From an uncultured Alphaproteobacteria bacterium (GTDB lineage Bacteria > Pseudomonadota > Alphaproteobacteria > RF32 > CAG-239), in NCBI GenBank assembly GCA_944393175.1, contig CALXZH010000027.1, positions 54,926 through 118,925 on the forward strand: a stretch of 64,000 nt of DNA. The letters are read 5' to 3'. The notes below the pieces were generated by a model that was given only the letters and a program-made list of their open reading frames with translations, had not been told where the DNA came from and made no database searches. The position numbers and the translations under genes were made by a program. Below, in pieces: positions 16,930 to 26,648 of the stretch; the stretch's first letter is position 1; every line of letters begins with the position of its first letter.

Positions 16930-19078
16930 ATCTTGCTTTGTGGATAGCTTTGATATTGCGTATGTAGGCAATATCTCCCTCCAAATTTTCAAGCGAGACC
17001 GGAAGCTTGCGCCGCCAATTCGGATGTTTATCAATATCCGTTCCGGGCAGATTTTGCATCTTTTCAACGTGCAATATATCTTCCAACTGGGCTAAAAATA
17101 CTTTAGAATTGGTACGTGATGCAAAAGTATGGACTGCTTCCTCTATCCCTTCAGGATAAGACTCACCATAGAGGTAATCGGCTTTACGCAAATTGTCTTC
17201 AGGCCAACAGCCGTTAATATCCAATGCATGCAATAACTTCCATCTATCCTGCTCTCGTTTGTGGTAAGCATTATTTTTTTCATCTTCGGTCATCATTTGC
17301 AGATTATGCATTAAGGCTATATCATAGCCAAACCACCACATTCTGAGTGGAGCCATATCATGCGTGCCGACCGACATAAAGGCTTTGCTCGGATATTCCC
17401 ACGGGGCATTAAAATCGCCCCAGCCGGCATCTTTTCTTTCGGCCCACAAAACACTCAAAGAATAGATGTTTTTGGCTTCTAATTGCTCAATAAATCCATC
17501 TGGAACGTTGCCGATACTTTCGCCTACAATTTGGCATTTGTTCCGCCAACTTTCCAGTGCTACAATGTTAAGCATATCTTTGAGGTTATACATAATATAA
17601 GTTCCGGGTTCATCACTTTTATCCGGACTGACATATAGCCTCATTAAGCCCATTACATGGTCTATGCGCAAAGCTCCCGCTCCTTGCATATTAGCCCGCA
17701 AAATTTTGATGAAAGGCTCATAGCAACGCTCTTTTAAGACATATGGATTAAACGCACCCAAGCCCCATTTTTGTCCGGCCGGGAAAAATGCATCCGGCGG
17801 AGCTCCCGCTCCTAAATCTTTCAGAAACAAATCATGATCAGACCAAAGTTCGGCACTGTCTTTGCCAACGCCGACTGCCAAATCGCGATACAGTCCTATT
17901 TTGAGGCCGCATTCTTTCACCTTGTCTTCCACTTGCTTAAACTGGCGAAAAGCTTCAAACTGTAAAAATTTAAAAAAGCGAATTTTATCGGCATATTCTT
18001 GAGCAAATTTTCTTACCGCGGCCGAATTTGGATTTTGAAACTCATCTTCCCAACTTCTCCAACCGCCAAAACGGTATGTGCTCTTTATATCATACAAAGT
18101 TTGAAAAAGCGCCAAACGATGTAAACTCTCGCCGTAGGTTTCGACAAAGTCGTGAAATTCTCTTTGTCGGGGTGTGGTTAAATCGGCCATAAAACGACCG
18201 TATAGTTTTTCAAGCACGGCAATTTTCAGCGGATACACTTCTTCGTATTTTATTAATTCACTGGCACGAACTTCCTCTAATTTATCCTTTATTTCTTCTT
18301 TATCTTCAGGCTTAAATTCAGGCACGGCCTCAATATCAATATATATCGGGTTCAAAAACAGGCGACTGATTGAACTATATGGGCTGGCATTTTCAGGAAA
18401 TGTATGCACCAAGACATTGAGCGGATTCAGCCCGATGACTTGCGCCCCGCAACGTGAACAAATTTCTATAAAACGTTGCAAATCGCTGAAATCACCGACG
18501 CCCCAGTTATGTTCACTTTTCAGTGAATATAACTGAATAGCATAGCCCCATGTTTTGCCTTCTTTCAGAATATCATTTTCATAGCACTCTTTAGGTGCTA
18601 CTGCCAAAGTTGCGGTATAATTTTTATCACCGACGGTAAAGGTTATCTTGTAATAGCCTATCGGTAGCTCACTGGTAATTGTCAGCAACATTTTGACATA
18701 AATTGTTTTCCCGATGGTGTAGGTTTCACCGGTAGGATGTATTTCAAACGTAACGGCAGAACTTATGCCCGTATCTTTATTTTCGGCTTGGAGCGCAAAG
18801 TAACTTTGCTCTTGGTCTTTGGCTATTACAGCATCTATATGGATATTTCCTTGTTCTACAACATAAATATTTTCCAACGTTGTTTGCCAACGTCTTTTAT
18901 CAAAATCGGCCAGAGATTTTTTTATCTCACCTAAATTTCCGGCTTTATAGCCCAATTTATCGGCTATAAATCTTACCGTGGAATCAGGAATTTCATATTC
19001 TTGTCTGACTAAGCCGGCATCGGTAAAAGTTGTCGCTATACCGAGTTTATCTGCTAATTGTTTTAAATTTTCTTCCAT
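16928..19078 (-). CDS. malQ: 4-alpha-glucanotransferase (amylomaltase, GH77) with an N-terminal extension
   Basis: NWGVGDFSDL, GALRIDHVMGL and MSVGTHDMAP blocks; last gene of a glycogen operon. Confidence 0.9.
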   Translation of the reverse strand: MEENLKQLADKLGIATTFTDAGLVRQEYEIPDSTVRFIADKLGYKAGNLGEIKKSLADFDKRRWQTTLENIYVVEQGNIHIDAVIAKDQEQSYFALQAENKDTGISSAVTFEIHPTGETYTIGKTIYVKMLLTITSELPIGYYKITFTVGDKNYTATLAVAPKECYENDILKEGKTWGYAIQLYSLKSEHNWGVGDFSDLQRFIEICSRCGAQVIGLNPLNVLVHTFPENASPYSSISRLFLNPIYIDIEAVPEFKPEDKEEIKDKLEEVRASELIKYEEVYPLKIAVLEKLYGRFMADLTTPRQREFHDFVETYGESLHRLALFQTLYDIKSTYRFGGWRSWEDEFQNPNSAAVRKFAQEYADKIRFFKFLQFEAFRQFKQVEDKVKECGLKIGLYRDLAVGVGKDSAELWSDHDLFLKDLGAGAPPDAFFPAGQKWGLGAFNPYVLKERCYEPFIKILRANMQGAGALRIDHVMGLMRLYVSPDKSDEPGTYIMYNLKDMLNIVALESWRNKCQIVGESIGNVPDGFIEQLEAKNIYSLSVLWAERKDAGWGDFNAPWEYPSKAFMSVGTHDMAPLRMWWFGYDIALMHNLQMMTEDEKNNAYHKREQDRWKLLHALDINGCWPEDNLRKADYLYGESYPEGIEEAVHTFASRTNSKVFLAQLEDILHVEKMQNLPGTDIDKHPNWRRKLPVSLENLEGDIAYIRNIKAIHKAR

Positions 19079-19090
19079 GTCCGGCTCCTT

Positions 19091-21172
19091 TTATTTTTTG
19101 ATTTCAAAAACCAATACACTCCAGCTCGGAACTTGTATTATTTGTTCTGCTCCCAACTTTTGAGACACATCAAATTTAGCAGAACTATCTAACAATAACG
19201 TCCATTTATAGCGTGTATCAATTGCTGGCAATTTCCAATTTTGAGCACTGTAATTGGCATTGAGTATAACCATAACAAAACGGCTTCCCGTATATACACA
19301 GTAAGATATTGATTTGCGGTTGACATCATGCCAATTGTCCGTTGTAAACTCTTTTCCCTGCTCGTTATACCAGGTTAAATCTTTATAGCCTTTGTTGACG
19401 ATTTTTCCTTCAAAAAAATGACGGCGGTTAAATATTTTTAATTTTTTGCGCAATGTAATAACGCGGCGAACATATTTAACCAAATCTTTATTTTCTTTAC
19501 TGATTGCATCCCAAGCTATCCACGTTAAAACATTATCCTGACAATAGGGATTATTGTTGCCGAACTGTGTATGCGCAAATTCATCACCGGCCAACATCAT
19601 CGGCGTGCCGAAAGACATTAACAAAGTTGTTATCATGGCTTTAAGACGCTGCAAGCGATTTTCTTTAATCGTTTGATTGGTTGTTTCACCTTCGGCTCCC
19701 GAATTCCAACTCCAGTTGCTGTCCGTTCCGTCGCGGTTATTTTCGCCGTTACTCATATTGTGTTTGACATTATAGCTCACTAAGTCTTTTAAGCTAAAGC
19801 CATCATGTGCCGTCACAAAATTAATGCTGCTCCAAATGTCGCGGTTCAGATAATTAAACACATCACTGGAACCGGCCAAACGACTGGCTAAGTCCGCAAT
19901 CTGATATTGATCGCCTTTCCAAAAACGACGAACGGTATCACGGTATTTATCATTCCATTGTCCCCAGCCCGGAGGAAAAGCACCTACCTGATAGCCGCCA
20001 TAGCCAATGTCCCATGGTTCGGCTATCATTTTTACTCGGCGTGTCAACGGATCTTGTCCGGTGGCATATAAAAAGCCGCAATGCATTTTAAATTCTTGAT
20101 TTTGACGACATAATGTCGGCGCCAAATCAAAACGGAAACCGTCAACATGCATTTCCTCTATCCAATAACGCAGGGAATCCATGACCAAAGACAAAACATA
20201 GCCGTTTTGCACATTAAAGGAGGCTCCGCAACCGGTGCTGTCGTAGTAATATCTTTTATTTTCCGGATTAAGTGTATAATACGAAGCATTATCAATTCCG
20301 CGGTAACAAAAAGTCGGCCCTAATTGATTGCCTTCACCTGTATGATTATAGACCACATCTAAAATGACCTCTATGCCCTTTTGGTGAAGGGATTTTACCA
20401 TTCTTTTGAACTCGTCTATTTCATCTGTTGACATATATGACTGCTCAGGTGCAAAGAAGGTAAAACTCTCATAGCCCCAATAATTGTCTTTGATATAGCC
20501 TTTTTTGTGACGATTACCAAAAAATGCGTGCACGGGCAAAAATTCTACCGCCGTTACGCCTAACCATTTCAGATAGCTGGTCACGCTCTTGTCTGCAAAA
20601 CCGGCAAAGGTGCCTCTTTTGTCGTCAGAAATTTGCGGGTGAAGTTTGGTGAACCCACGCAGATGTGTTTCATAGATAATGGTTTCATCCATCTTATAAT
20701 GCGGGCGGATTTCATTATCATCGCCCCAATCAAAGGTGTTGCCGACGACAACCGACTTGGGAACATAAGGTGCGCTATCGAGCTCCGAAAAAGATAAATC
20801 CTTATCAGGGCTGTCTATATCATATCCAAATATGGCCTTATGCCAAATCAGCTTACCTACCAGTTTACGGCCATACGGATCGATTAATAATTTATTGGGA
20901 TTAAACCGGTGTCCTTCCAACGGTTTATAGGGACCATAGACTCGGTATCCATAGACTTGCCCGGGGGTTAAGCCCGAAATATAAATATGCCATATGCTGT
21001 TGTCATTTTCAGTGATGGTAAAACGCCCGATTTCCTCTGCTCCGGAAGCATCGAATAAGCATAGCTCAACCTTTTCGGCATGGGCGGAAAACAATGCAAA
21101 GTTTACACCTTTTCCATCATAAGTCGCTCCGAGCGGATAGGCTGCTCCTGACTGGACTTTGTAACTTTGCAT
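19091..21172 (-). CDS. glgX: Glycogen debranching enzyme (GH13)
   Basis: YPLGATYDGKGVNFALFSAHAEKVELCLFD, VDGFRFDLA and AEPWD motifs. Confidence 0.9.
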   Translation of the reverse strand: MQSYKVQSGAAYPLGATYDGKGVNFALFSAHAEKVELCLFDASGAEEIGRFTITENDNSIWHIYISGLTPGQVYGYRVYGPYKPLEGHRFNPNKLLIDPYGRKLVGKLIWHKAIFGYDIDSPDKDLSFSELDSAPYVPKSVVVGNTFDWGDDNEIRPHYKMDETIIYETHLRGFTKLHPQISDDKRGTFAGFADKSVTSYLKWLGVTAVEFLPVHAFFGNRHKKGYIKDNYWGYESFTFFAPEQSYMSTDEIDEFKRMVKSLHQKGIEVILDVVYNHTGEGNQLGPTFCYRGIDNASYYTLNPENKRYYYDSTGCGASFNVQNGYVLSLVMDSLRYWIEEMHVDGFRFDLAPTLCRQNQEFKMHCGFLYATGQDPLTRRVKMIAEPWDIGYGGYQVGAFPPGWGQWNDKYRDTVRRFWKGDQYQIADLASRLAGSSDVFNYLNRDIWSSINFVTAHDGFSLKDLVSYNVKHNMSNGENNRDGTDSNWSWNSGAEGETTNQTIKENRLQRLKAMITTLLMSFGTPMMLAGDEFAHTQFGNNNPYCQDNVLTWIAWDAISKENKDLVKYVRRVITLRKKLKIFNRRHFFEGKIVNKGYKDLTWYNEQGKEFTTDNWHDVNRKSISYCVYTGSRFVMVILNANYSAQNWKLPAIDTRYKWTLLLDSSAKFDVSQKLGAEQIIQVPSWSVLVFEIKK

Positions 21173-21191
21173 TGCTTTCTCCTTATCTGAA

Positions 21192-23393
21192 TTAATCCCT
21201 TATCGGCTTTATCACAATCGTTGAAAGCGGCGGTAAGGTGATGGAAATATAGCGAGGTTTGTTATTGCACTCTCCTTCTTCGGAGGTGATGAAACCTTCA
21301 TTTTTAACGCCGCTTCCCCAATAGTTTACATCATCAGAGTTAAAAATTTCCTGATAACGACAATTTTCATAAACTCCAATGTGATAATTATGGCGAACAA
21401 CAGGCGTAAAGTTGCAAACAACTATCATATAATCAGCCGGATTTTGCGCCTTTCGCATATAAGAAATTACACTATCATCGGCATTGGAATGGTCAATCCA
21501 CTCAAAACCGCGATAGTCAAAATCGACTTCATAAAATGCAGGATTTCCTTTATACATTAAATTCAAATCGCGAACACAATTTTGCATTCCTTTATACATC
21601 GGATATTGCAGTAAGTGCCAACGCAAACTCTCTTCGGAATTCCACTCCCAATCTTGCCCGAATTCGCAGCCCATAAACAGCAACTTCTTGCCGGGGTGGG
21701 TATACATAAAGCCGTAATAAGCTCTTAAGTTAGCAAATTTTTGCCACTCATCTCCCGGCATTTTATACAGCATCGAGCCTTTACCATGCACCACTTCATC
21801 ATGGGATATAGGTAAAATGAAATTCTCATTAAACGCATAGAGCAGACCAAAGGTCAACATACCATGGTGGTATTTACGGTGTACAGGTTCGTGGCTAATG
21901 TACTTCAAGGTATCGTTCATCCAGCCCATGTTCCATTTATAGCCGAATCCCAAACCACCCATTGAGGTCGGGCGAGATACCATCGGCCATGCGGTTGATT
22001 CTTCTGCACAAGTGAAGGCACCTTTGCATTGTCCGTAAACCAGCTCGTTCATCTTACGCAAAAAAGCAATAGCTTCAATATTTTCATTGCCGCCATAGAT
22101 GTTTGGAATCCACTCACCGCTCTTGCGTGAATAGTCCAAATAAAGCATTGAGGCAACAGCATCAACACGCAAGCCGTCGATGTGATATTCCTTTAACCAA
22201 TACAAAGCACTGGCGCATAAGAAATTGCAAACTTCCGTACGACCGTAGTTATAAATTTTTGTACCCCAATCCAAGTGCTCGCCTTTGCGCGGGTCTGCGT
22301 GTTCGTATAGATGTGTTCCATCAAATTCTACCAAACCGTGACCGTCTTTCGGGAAGTGAGCCGGAACCCAGTCCATAATTACGGCAATACCTGCTTGGTG
22401 GAATTTATCTATCATATAGCGCAAGTCATCAGGCGTACCGAAACGACTGGTCGGGGAAAACATGCCGATAACCTGATAGCCCCAAGAACAATCCAACGGG
22501 TGTTCGGCAAGCGGCAAAAACTCAACATGCGTAAAGCCCATATTGACGACGTATGGCACAAGATTATCCGCCAGTTCACGATAGGTTAAAAACTCGGAAC
22601 CGTTTTCACCTTTTCTTTTCCATGAACCTAAGTGAACTTCATAAATTGACATCGGCTTGTCAAAAGCATTATGCTCTTCACGATATTTCATCCAATCGGA
22701 ATCATCCCAATTATAGTGATTTAAATCATAAACAACCGATGCCGTTTTCGGACGGACTTCGCTCCAAAATGCCAGCGGATCGGATTTGAGCAAAATATAA
22801 TCTTCTTGGGTTTTAATTTCATATTTATAGATTTCGCCTTCATCAATCCCCGGAATAAATATATCCCATACACCGCAAGTCGGATGTTTACGCATAGCAT
22901 TGACGCGACCATCCCAATTATTGAAATTTCCGACTACGGATACGCGTTTGGCATTCGGTGCCCAAACAGCAAAACTAACACCTTTGACGCCGTCCATTTC
23001 TGTAACGTGCGCCCCTAATTTTTTATACATATCGAGGTGATTACCTTCAGCCAAAAGGTAAACATCTATATCACCTAAAATAGAAGAAAAACGATAGGCA
23101 TCTTCATGTTCATAAACCGTGCCGTTATCATTTTCTATGCGAAACTTATAAGGAAAATTTTCAATTGCGCCGAGATTAATTTGATAGAATCCTCTATCAT
23201 CAAGTTTGGTCATTTGTCCTAAAGAGGTACCGTCTTTTTTGAGTAACTCTATTGAGCGTGTGTTTGGTTGATATGTGCGAATAAATACTTCTTTGCTGCC
23301 TTTATTTTTATGTATTCCCAATACGGCAAAAACATTGCCATGGTCTCCGTTAATAACAGCTTCCATTTCTTCTTTTGATAATAAATTTTCCAT
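21192..23393 (-). CDS. glgB: 1,4-alpha-glucan branching enzyme
   Basis: 733 aa with GVSFAVWAPNAKRVSVVGNFNNWDG, IDGLRVDAVASMLY and SHDEVVHGK. Confidence 0.95.
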   Translation of the reverse strand: MENLLSKEEMEAVINGDHGNVFAVLGIHKNKGSKEVFIRTYQPNTRSIELLKKDGTSLGQMTKLDDRGFYQINLGAIENFPYKFRIENDNGTVYEHEDAYRFSSILGDIDVYLLAEGNHLDMYKKLGAHVTEMDGVKGVSFAVWAPNAKRVSVVGNFNNWDGRVNAMRKHPTCGVWDIFIPGIDEGEIYKYEIKTQEDYILLKSDPLAFWSEVRPKTASVVYDLNHYNWDDSDWMKYREEHNAFDKPMSIYEVHLGSWKRKGENGSEFLTYRELADNLVPYVVNMGFTHVEFLPLAEHPLDCSWGYQVIGMFSPTSRFGTPDDLRYMIDKFHQAGIAVIMDWVPAHFPKDGHGLVEFDGTHLYEHADPRKGEHLDWGTKIYNYGRTEVCNFLCASALYWLKEYHIDGLRVDAVASMLYLDYSRKSGEWIPNIYGGNENIEAIAFLRKMNELVYGQCKGAFTCAEESTAWPMVSRPTSMGGLGFGYKWNMGWMNDTLKYISHEPVHRKYHHGMLTFGLLYAFNENFILPISHDEVVHGKGSMLYKMPGDEWQKFANLRAYYGFMYTHPGKKLLFMGCEFGQDWEWNSEESLRWHLLQYPMYKGMQNCVRDLNLMYKGNPAFYEVDFDYRGFEWIDHSNADDSVISYMRKAQNPADYMIVVCNFTPVVRHNYHIGVYENCRYQEIFNSDDVNYWGSGVKNEGFITSEEGECNNKPRYISITLPPLSTIVIKPIRD

Positions 23394-23624
23394 TCGGTAG
23401 CCCCCTGTTAGAACTATATTTACATAATTAGATTTTTGATAATATTCAAACTCTGTGTAAGTGTTATCTATAAATTCTTATCGCTTTAAATGCAAGTAAA
23501 TATCTAACTCGTTTGATAATATTTCATTTTTCAAATAAAAAACAAACTTTTATGATTGACGTATTTTTTTTTGAATGTATATTAAATGTTGTTTACCAAA
23601 CATTTAATTTATTTGGAGTTAGTT

Positions 23625-23852
23625 ATGGTTAATAATTGTAATGAAAACGCAATCAGAGAAGCTGCTTATTTTATGTGGCAAAATGCTGGTTGCCCTTCTG
23701 GCAGAGACCAGGAATTCTGGGCTTTAGCCGTTGAACAGTTGAACAACTGCAGTTGCAAATCTTCGAGCAAAAAAACTTCTTCTTGCTCAAAGAAATCTTC
23801 TTCTGCTTCTTGCAAAACTTCAACTTCAAAAAAGACTTCTTCTAAAAAATAA
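23625..23852 (+). CDS. Small DUF2934-like protein with a Ser/Lys/Cys-rich tail
   Basis: IREAAYFMWQNAGCPSGRDQEFWALAVEQL fits the DUF2934 pattern. The tail reads CSCKSSSKKTSSCSKKSSSASCKTSTSKKTSSKK. ATG at 23625 follows a GGAG SD. Confidence 0.6.
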   Translation: MVNNCNENAIREAAYFMWQNAGCPSGRDQEFWALAVEQLNNCSCKSSSKKTSSCSKKSSSASCKTSTSKKTSSKK

Positions 23853-23869
23853 GTCTTTGGGAAGTAAGC

Positions 23870-23901
23870 AAAAACCTCTTTGGAAACAAAGAGGTTTTTT
23901 T
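23870..23901. terminator. Bidirectional intrinsic terminator
   Basis: AAACCTCTTTG-gaaa-CAAAGAGGTTT followed by a T-run, lying between convergent genes. Confidence 0.7.
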
Positions 23902-23907
23902 ATTATG

Positions 23908-25419
23908 CTAATCATTTTTTAGGGCAGAAAAAAGATAGCCGAAAACTTCTTGTTTTCCCTCATTTCTGAGTTTACATCTTTTGATTTTTTCTATGCAAAA
24001 ACAATTTGTTATCAGCAAGTTTTCTATGTATTTCTGACTGTGAAGATAACGTCCTGATGCATGCAAAAAATAGTCTTTATCATTGGCTGAATTTTCACTT
24101 ACGGTAAAAATGAATCGCCCTTTTGGGGTAAGACATTTTGATACACCGGAGATTACTTTTGAAAGATCTCCGAAATAGGTAAAAACATCGGCTGAAACGA
24201 CCATATCAAAATGCTGTGTTTGGTTTGCAAAAAAATGCTCAAGTTCATCACAATAGAGTTTGTGATAGAGATTTTTTTTCTTAGCTTCTTCCAACATTTT
24301 TTCTGAAATATCAACACCATATAGACCAAATATTTTGCTATATGATTTTAAGAATTCACCGCATAATCCGGTGCCGCAACCGGCATCCAAAATTTTGAAT
24401 TTCGTATGCGGTTTTTGCCCTAAGATATTTTGTAAATAGTGTTTGATTTCAGTGGGAGCTTGGTAGTCTAACGCGCTTAATACCTGTTCAAAATCAGGAG
24501 CAAAAGTATCAAATATATTTTGCAAATATTCATTGTTTGCACGTGCGGGAATCTCTTTATTTAGGACTGCATTTGCCATATGTCGTACAATTTTATTTTC
24601 CGGATATTTATTCAGCCAACGGCGGGCATATTGTTTGAGAGTCTCATCTGCAGTTTCAAGTGAAGATTCATACAGCAAATATCCAAAATTTACTTGTTGC
24701 GAATCTTCTCCGTTACTTAGCTGCAGGGCTTGCCATCCTTCTTGATAGGCTTGAGACCATTGTTCCATTTTTTGATAAACCTGACTTAAATAATTATGCA
24801 ACCAATAATCTTGCGAATCTAATTTTAGTGCTTCCGTAAAAGCTTGTTGTGCCGCTTGAAAATTCTCCAATTCAAATTCGGAATTTCCTAGTATGTTCCA
24901 CGCCATAACCTGAGACGAATCACTTTTGATGGCCTCTTTGGCATAGCTTATGGCTTGCGCGTATTGTTTGAGGTCAAAATAGGTGTTGGCCAAGTTGACG
25001 CATACTACTGAATTTTCTTTTTTAATGTCATATGCCTGTTGATAGTAATTAAGTGCAAAATCGTAATTTTTATGAAGGTATTCTATGTTGCCTAAATTGA
25101 TTAATGCCTGCGTGTTTTGAGAATCGAGTTTGAGAACCTTGTGAGCAATTTTTTCTGCTTGTTCATAGTCTTTATTTTCATACAGCGACGTTGCATAATT
25201 ACTCAGGGCTAAGATATTATGCTTATCTTGTTTGCAGGCTTTTTTATACCACTGAACGGCAGAATCTTTTTGTGCTAATTTGTCATAGCAATTCCCTATC
25301 ATTATCAGCGTATCTACATCGGAAGGGCTTTGCTCATTTTGGTGCAAATACTCTCTTAGTGCATTCTGATATTCGCCCGCGTCGTATAAACGTCGTGCCT
25401 CGGTTGTAAAATTTGACAC
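23908..25419 (-). CDS. TPR-repeat protein fused to a class I SAM-dependent methyltransferase
   Basis: The N-terminal ~230 aa carry TPR-like repeats (A..Y...L..D). The C terminus has ILDAGCGTGLCGE (SAM motif I). Confidence 0.75.
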   Translation of the reverse strand: MSNFTTEARRLYDAGEYQNALREYLHQNEQSPSDVDTLIMIGNCYDKLAQKDSAVQWYKKACKQDKHNILALSNYATSLYENKDYEQAEKIAHKVLKLDSQNTQALINLGNIEYLHKNYDFALNYYQQAYDIKKENSVVCVNLANTYFDLKQYAQAISYAKEAIKSDSSQVMAWNILGNSEFELENFQAAQQAFTEALKLDSQDYWLHNYLSQVYQKMEQWSQAYQEGWQALQLSNGEDSQQVNFGYLLYESSLETADETLKQYARRWLNKYPENKIVRHMANAVLNKEIPARANNEYLQNIFDTFAPDFEQVLSALDYQAPTEIKHYLQNILGQKPHTKFKILDAGCGTGLCGEFLKSYSKIFGLYGVDISEKMLEEAKKKNLYHKLYCDELEHFFANQTQHFDMVVSADVFTYFGDLSKVISGVSKCLTPKGRFIFTVSENSANDKDYFLHASGRYLHSQKYIENLLITNCFCIEKIKRCKLRNEGKQEVFGYLFSALKND

Positions 25420-25479
25420 TGTTTTTCATTTCCTTTTTACTTTTTTTATAAATTTATGGCATTTTTAGTAAAAAAACTA

Positions 25480-25508
25480 TTGACGAGTTGAATTAAATAT
25501 TATATTTA
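25480..25508 (+). promoter_or_regulatory. Candidate sigma-70 promoter for tRNA-Leu
   Basis: TTGACG, a 17-nt spacer, then TATTTA, ending about 13 nt upstream of the tRNA 5' end. Confidence 0.4.
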
Positions 25509-25521
25509 TTCTCTCGTCGCC

Positions 25522-25608
25522 GGGGATGTGGCGGAATGGTAGACGCGGCGGACTCAAAATCCGTTGATAGCAATATCTTAAGAGTTCAAGTCTCTTCATC
25601 CCTACCAA
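25522..25608 (+). tRNA. tRNA-Leu (anticodon CAA), class II long variable arm, CCA encoded
   Basis: Hand fold. Acceptor GGGGATG/CATCCCT (G1-U72). D region GCGGAATGGTAGACGC. Anticodon stem-loop GCGGA-CTCAAAA-TCCGT. Long variable arm. T arm AAGAG-TTCAAGT-CTCTT. Confidence 0.9.
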
Positions 25609-25610
25609 TT

Positions 25611-25640
25611 AAAAAGCCTTGCAATTTGCAAGGCTTTTTC
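25611..25640. terminator. Intrinsic terminator after tRNA-Leu (palindromic, also faces the LysR gene)
   Basis: AAAAA-GCCTTGCA-att-TGCAAGGC-TTTTT. Confidence 0.75.
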
Positions 25641-25647
25641 TTTTGCT

Positions 25648-26538
25648 TTAAGGTTCTGACATCACTTGTTTTAATAAATTTAAAACCGCTGCGATTTTAG
25701 GATAATTTATGATTTTAGGATGAGACAGTAAATGGATGGTGTAATGAAAATTAATCCCTGCCTCCGGCAAATATTGCCCAACATTAATTAAATTTTCATG
25801 TTTGAGATGCAGCGGCAATATCCCTATTCCGCCCCCTGCTGCAATCATGTTATTTACCATATATACCGAATTGGCCGCATAGCTGATATGACGTAATAAT
25901 TTACGAAATTCTTTCCAACCTTGAATTTGCCGGATGTAATTCGGATTATCACAAAAATGATGTTCGTTCACCAACTCTTGCAAAGTATTGGGAAAACCAA
26001 ATTTATCAATGTAGCTTTTTGAGGCAAACAAACCACAAGGTAAAACTGATGAATGAACAAGACTCATGATATTTGATGAAGGAATCGTGTAACTCAACAG
26101 AATATCTATCGTATGCAAATTTATCTGATTGACATTGTCACAACATGAAGATGCTATTTGTAAATCAGGGTAATCCATAATAAAATCTATAATTTTATTA
26201 TTAAACAAAGTTTGCGAAACGCCTTCTTCAACTCCGATTTTAACTTGTCCGCCTACCATATTCGTCGATAAGGCGATTTCATCAAGTTGATGCAAAATAT
26301 CGTTTAGTTCCTCGGCTAAAACCAGTAATTCTTGTCCTTGCGGGCTCACAATACTGCCATGTCCGCCATTGGAAAATATTTTTAGCCCTAAATCTCGTTC
26401 CAACTCAGAAATATATTTGTTAAGCGTGTCTATAGAGGTTGACAGGCTCTCTGATGCTTTGCGTTTGCTTTTATTTTGAATAACGGAAAGCAGATATAAC
26501 AGGCCTGAGATTTTATTGATGTCTTTCTTGCTTAGCAT
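25648..26538 (-). CDS. LysR-family transcriptional regulator
   Basis: N-terminal HTH (SKRKASESLSTSIDTLNKYISELERDLGLKIF) followed by a ~200-aa substrate-binding-type domain; 296 aa. Confidence 0.85.
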   Translation of the reverse strand: MLSKKDINKISGLLYLLSVIQNKSKRKASESLSTSIDTLNKYISELERDLGLKIFSNGGHGSIVSPQGQELLVLAEELNDILHQLDEIALSTNMVGGQVKIGVEEGVSQTLFNNKIIDFIMDYPDLQIASSCCDNVNQINLHTIDILLSYTIPSSNIMSLVHSSVLPCGLFASKSYIDKFGFPNTLQELVNEHHFCDNPNYIRQIQGWKEFRKLLRHISYAANSVYMVNNMIAAGGGIGILPLHLKHENLINVGQYLPEAGINFHYTIHLLSHPKIINYPKIAAVLNLLKQVMSEP

Positions 26539-26611
26539 AATCCTCCTCTCTTTCCGCGTTATTTATCTATCAATATTATATATAACACTTTTTAGTTGAA
26601 ATATCGTTAAT

Positions 26612-26643
26612 AAAAAAATCCCGATTTTTATCGGGATTTTTTT
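26612..26643 (-). terminator. Intrinsic terminator downstream of gltX
   Basis: ATCCCGAT-tttt-ATCGGGAT flanked by A and T runs. Confidence 0.7.
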
Positions 26644-26648
26644 AACTT

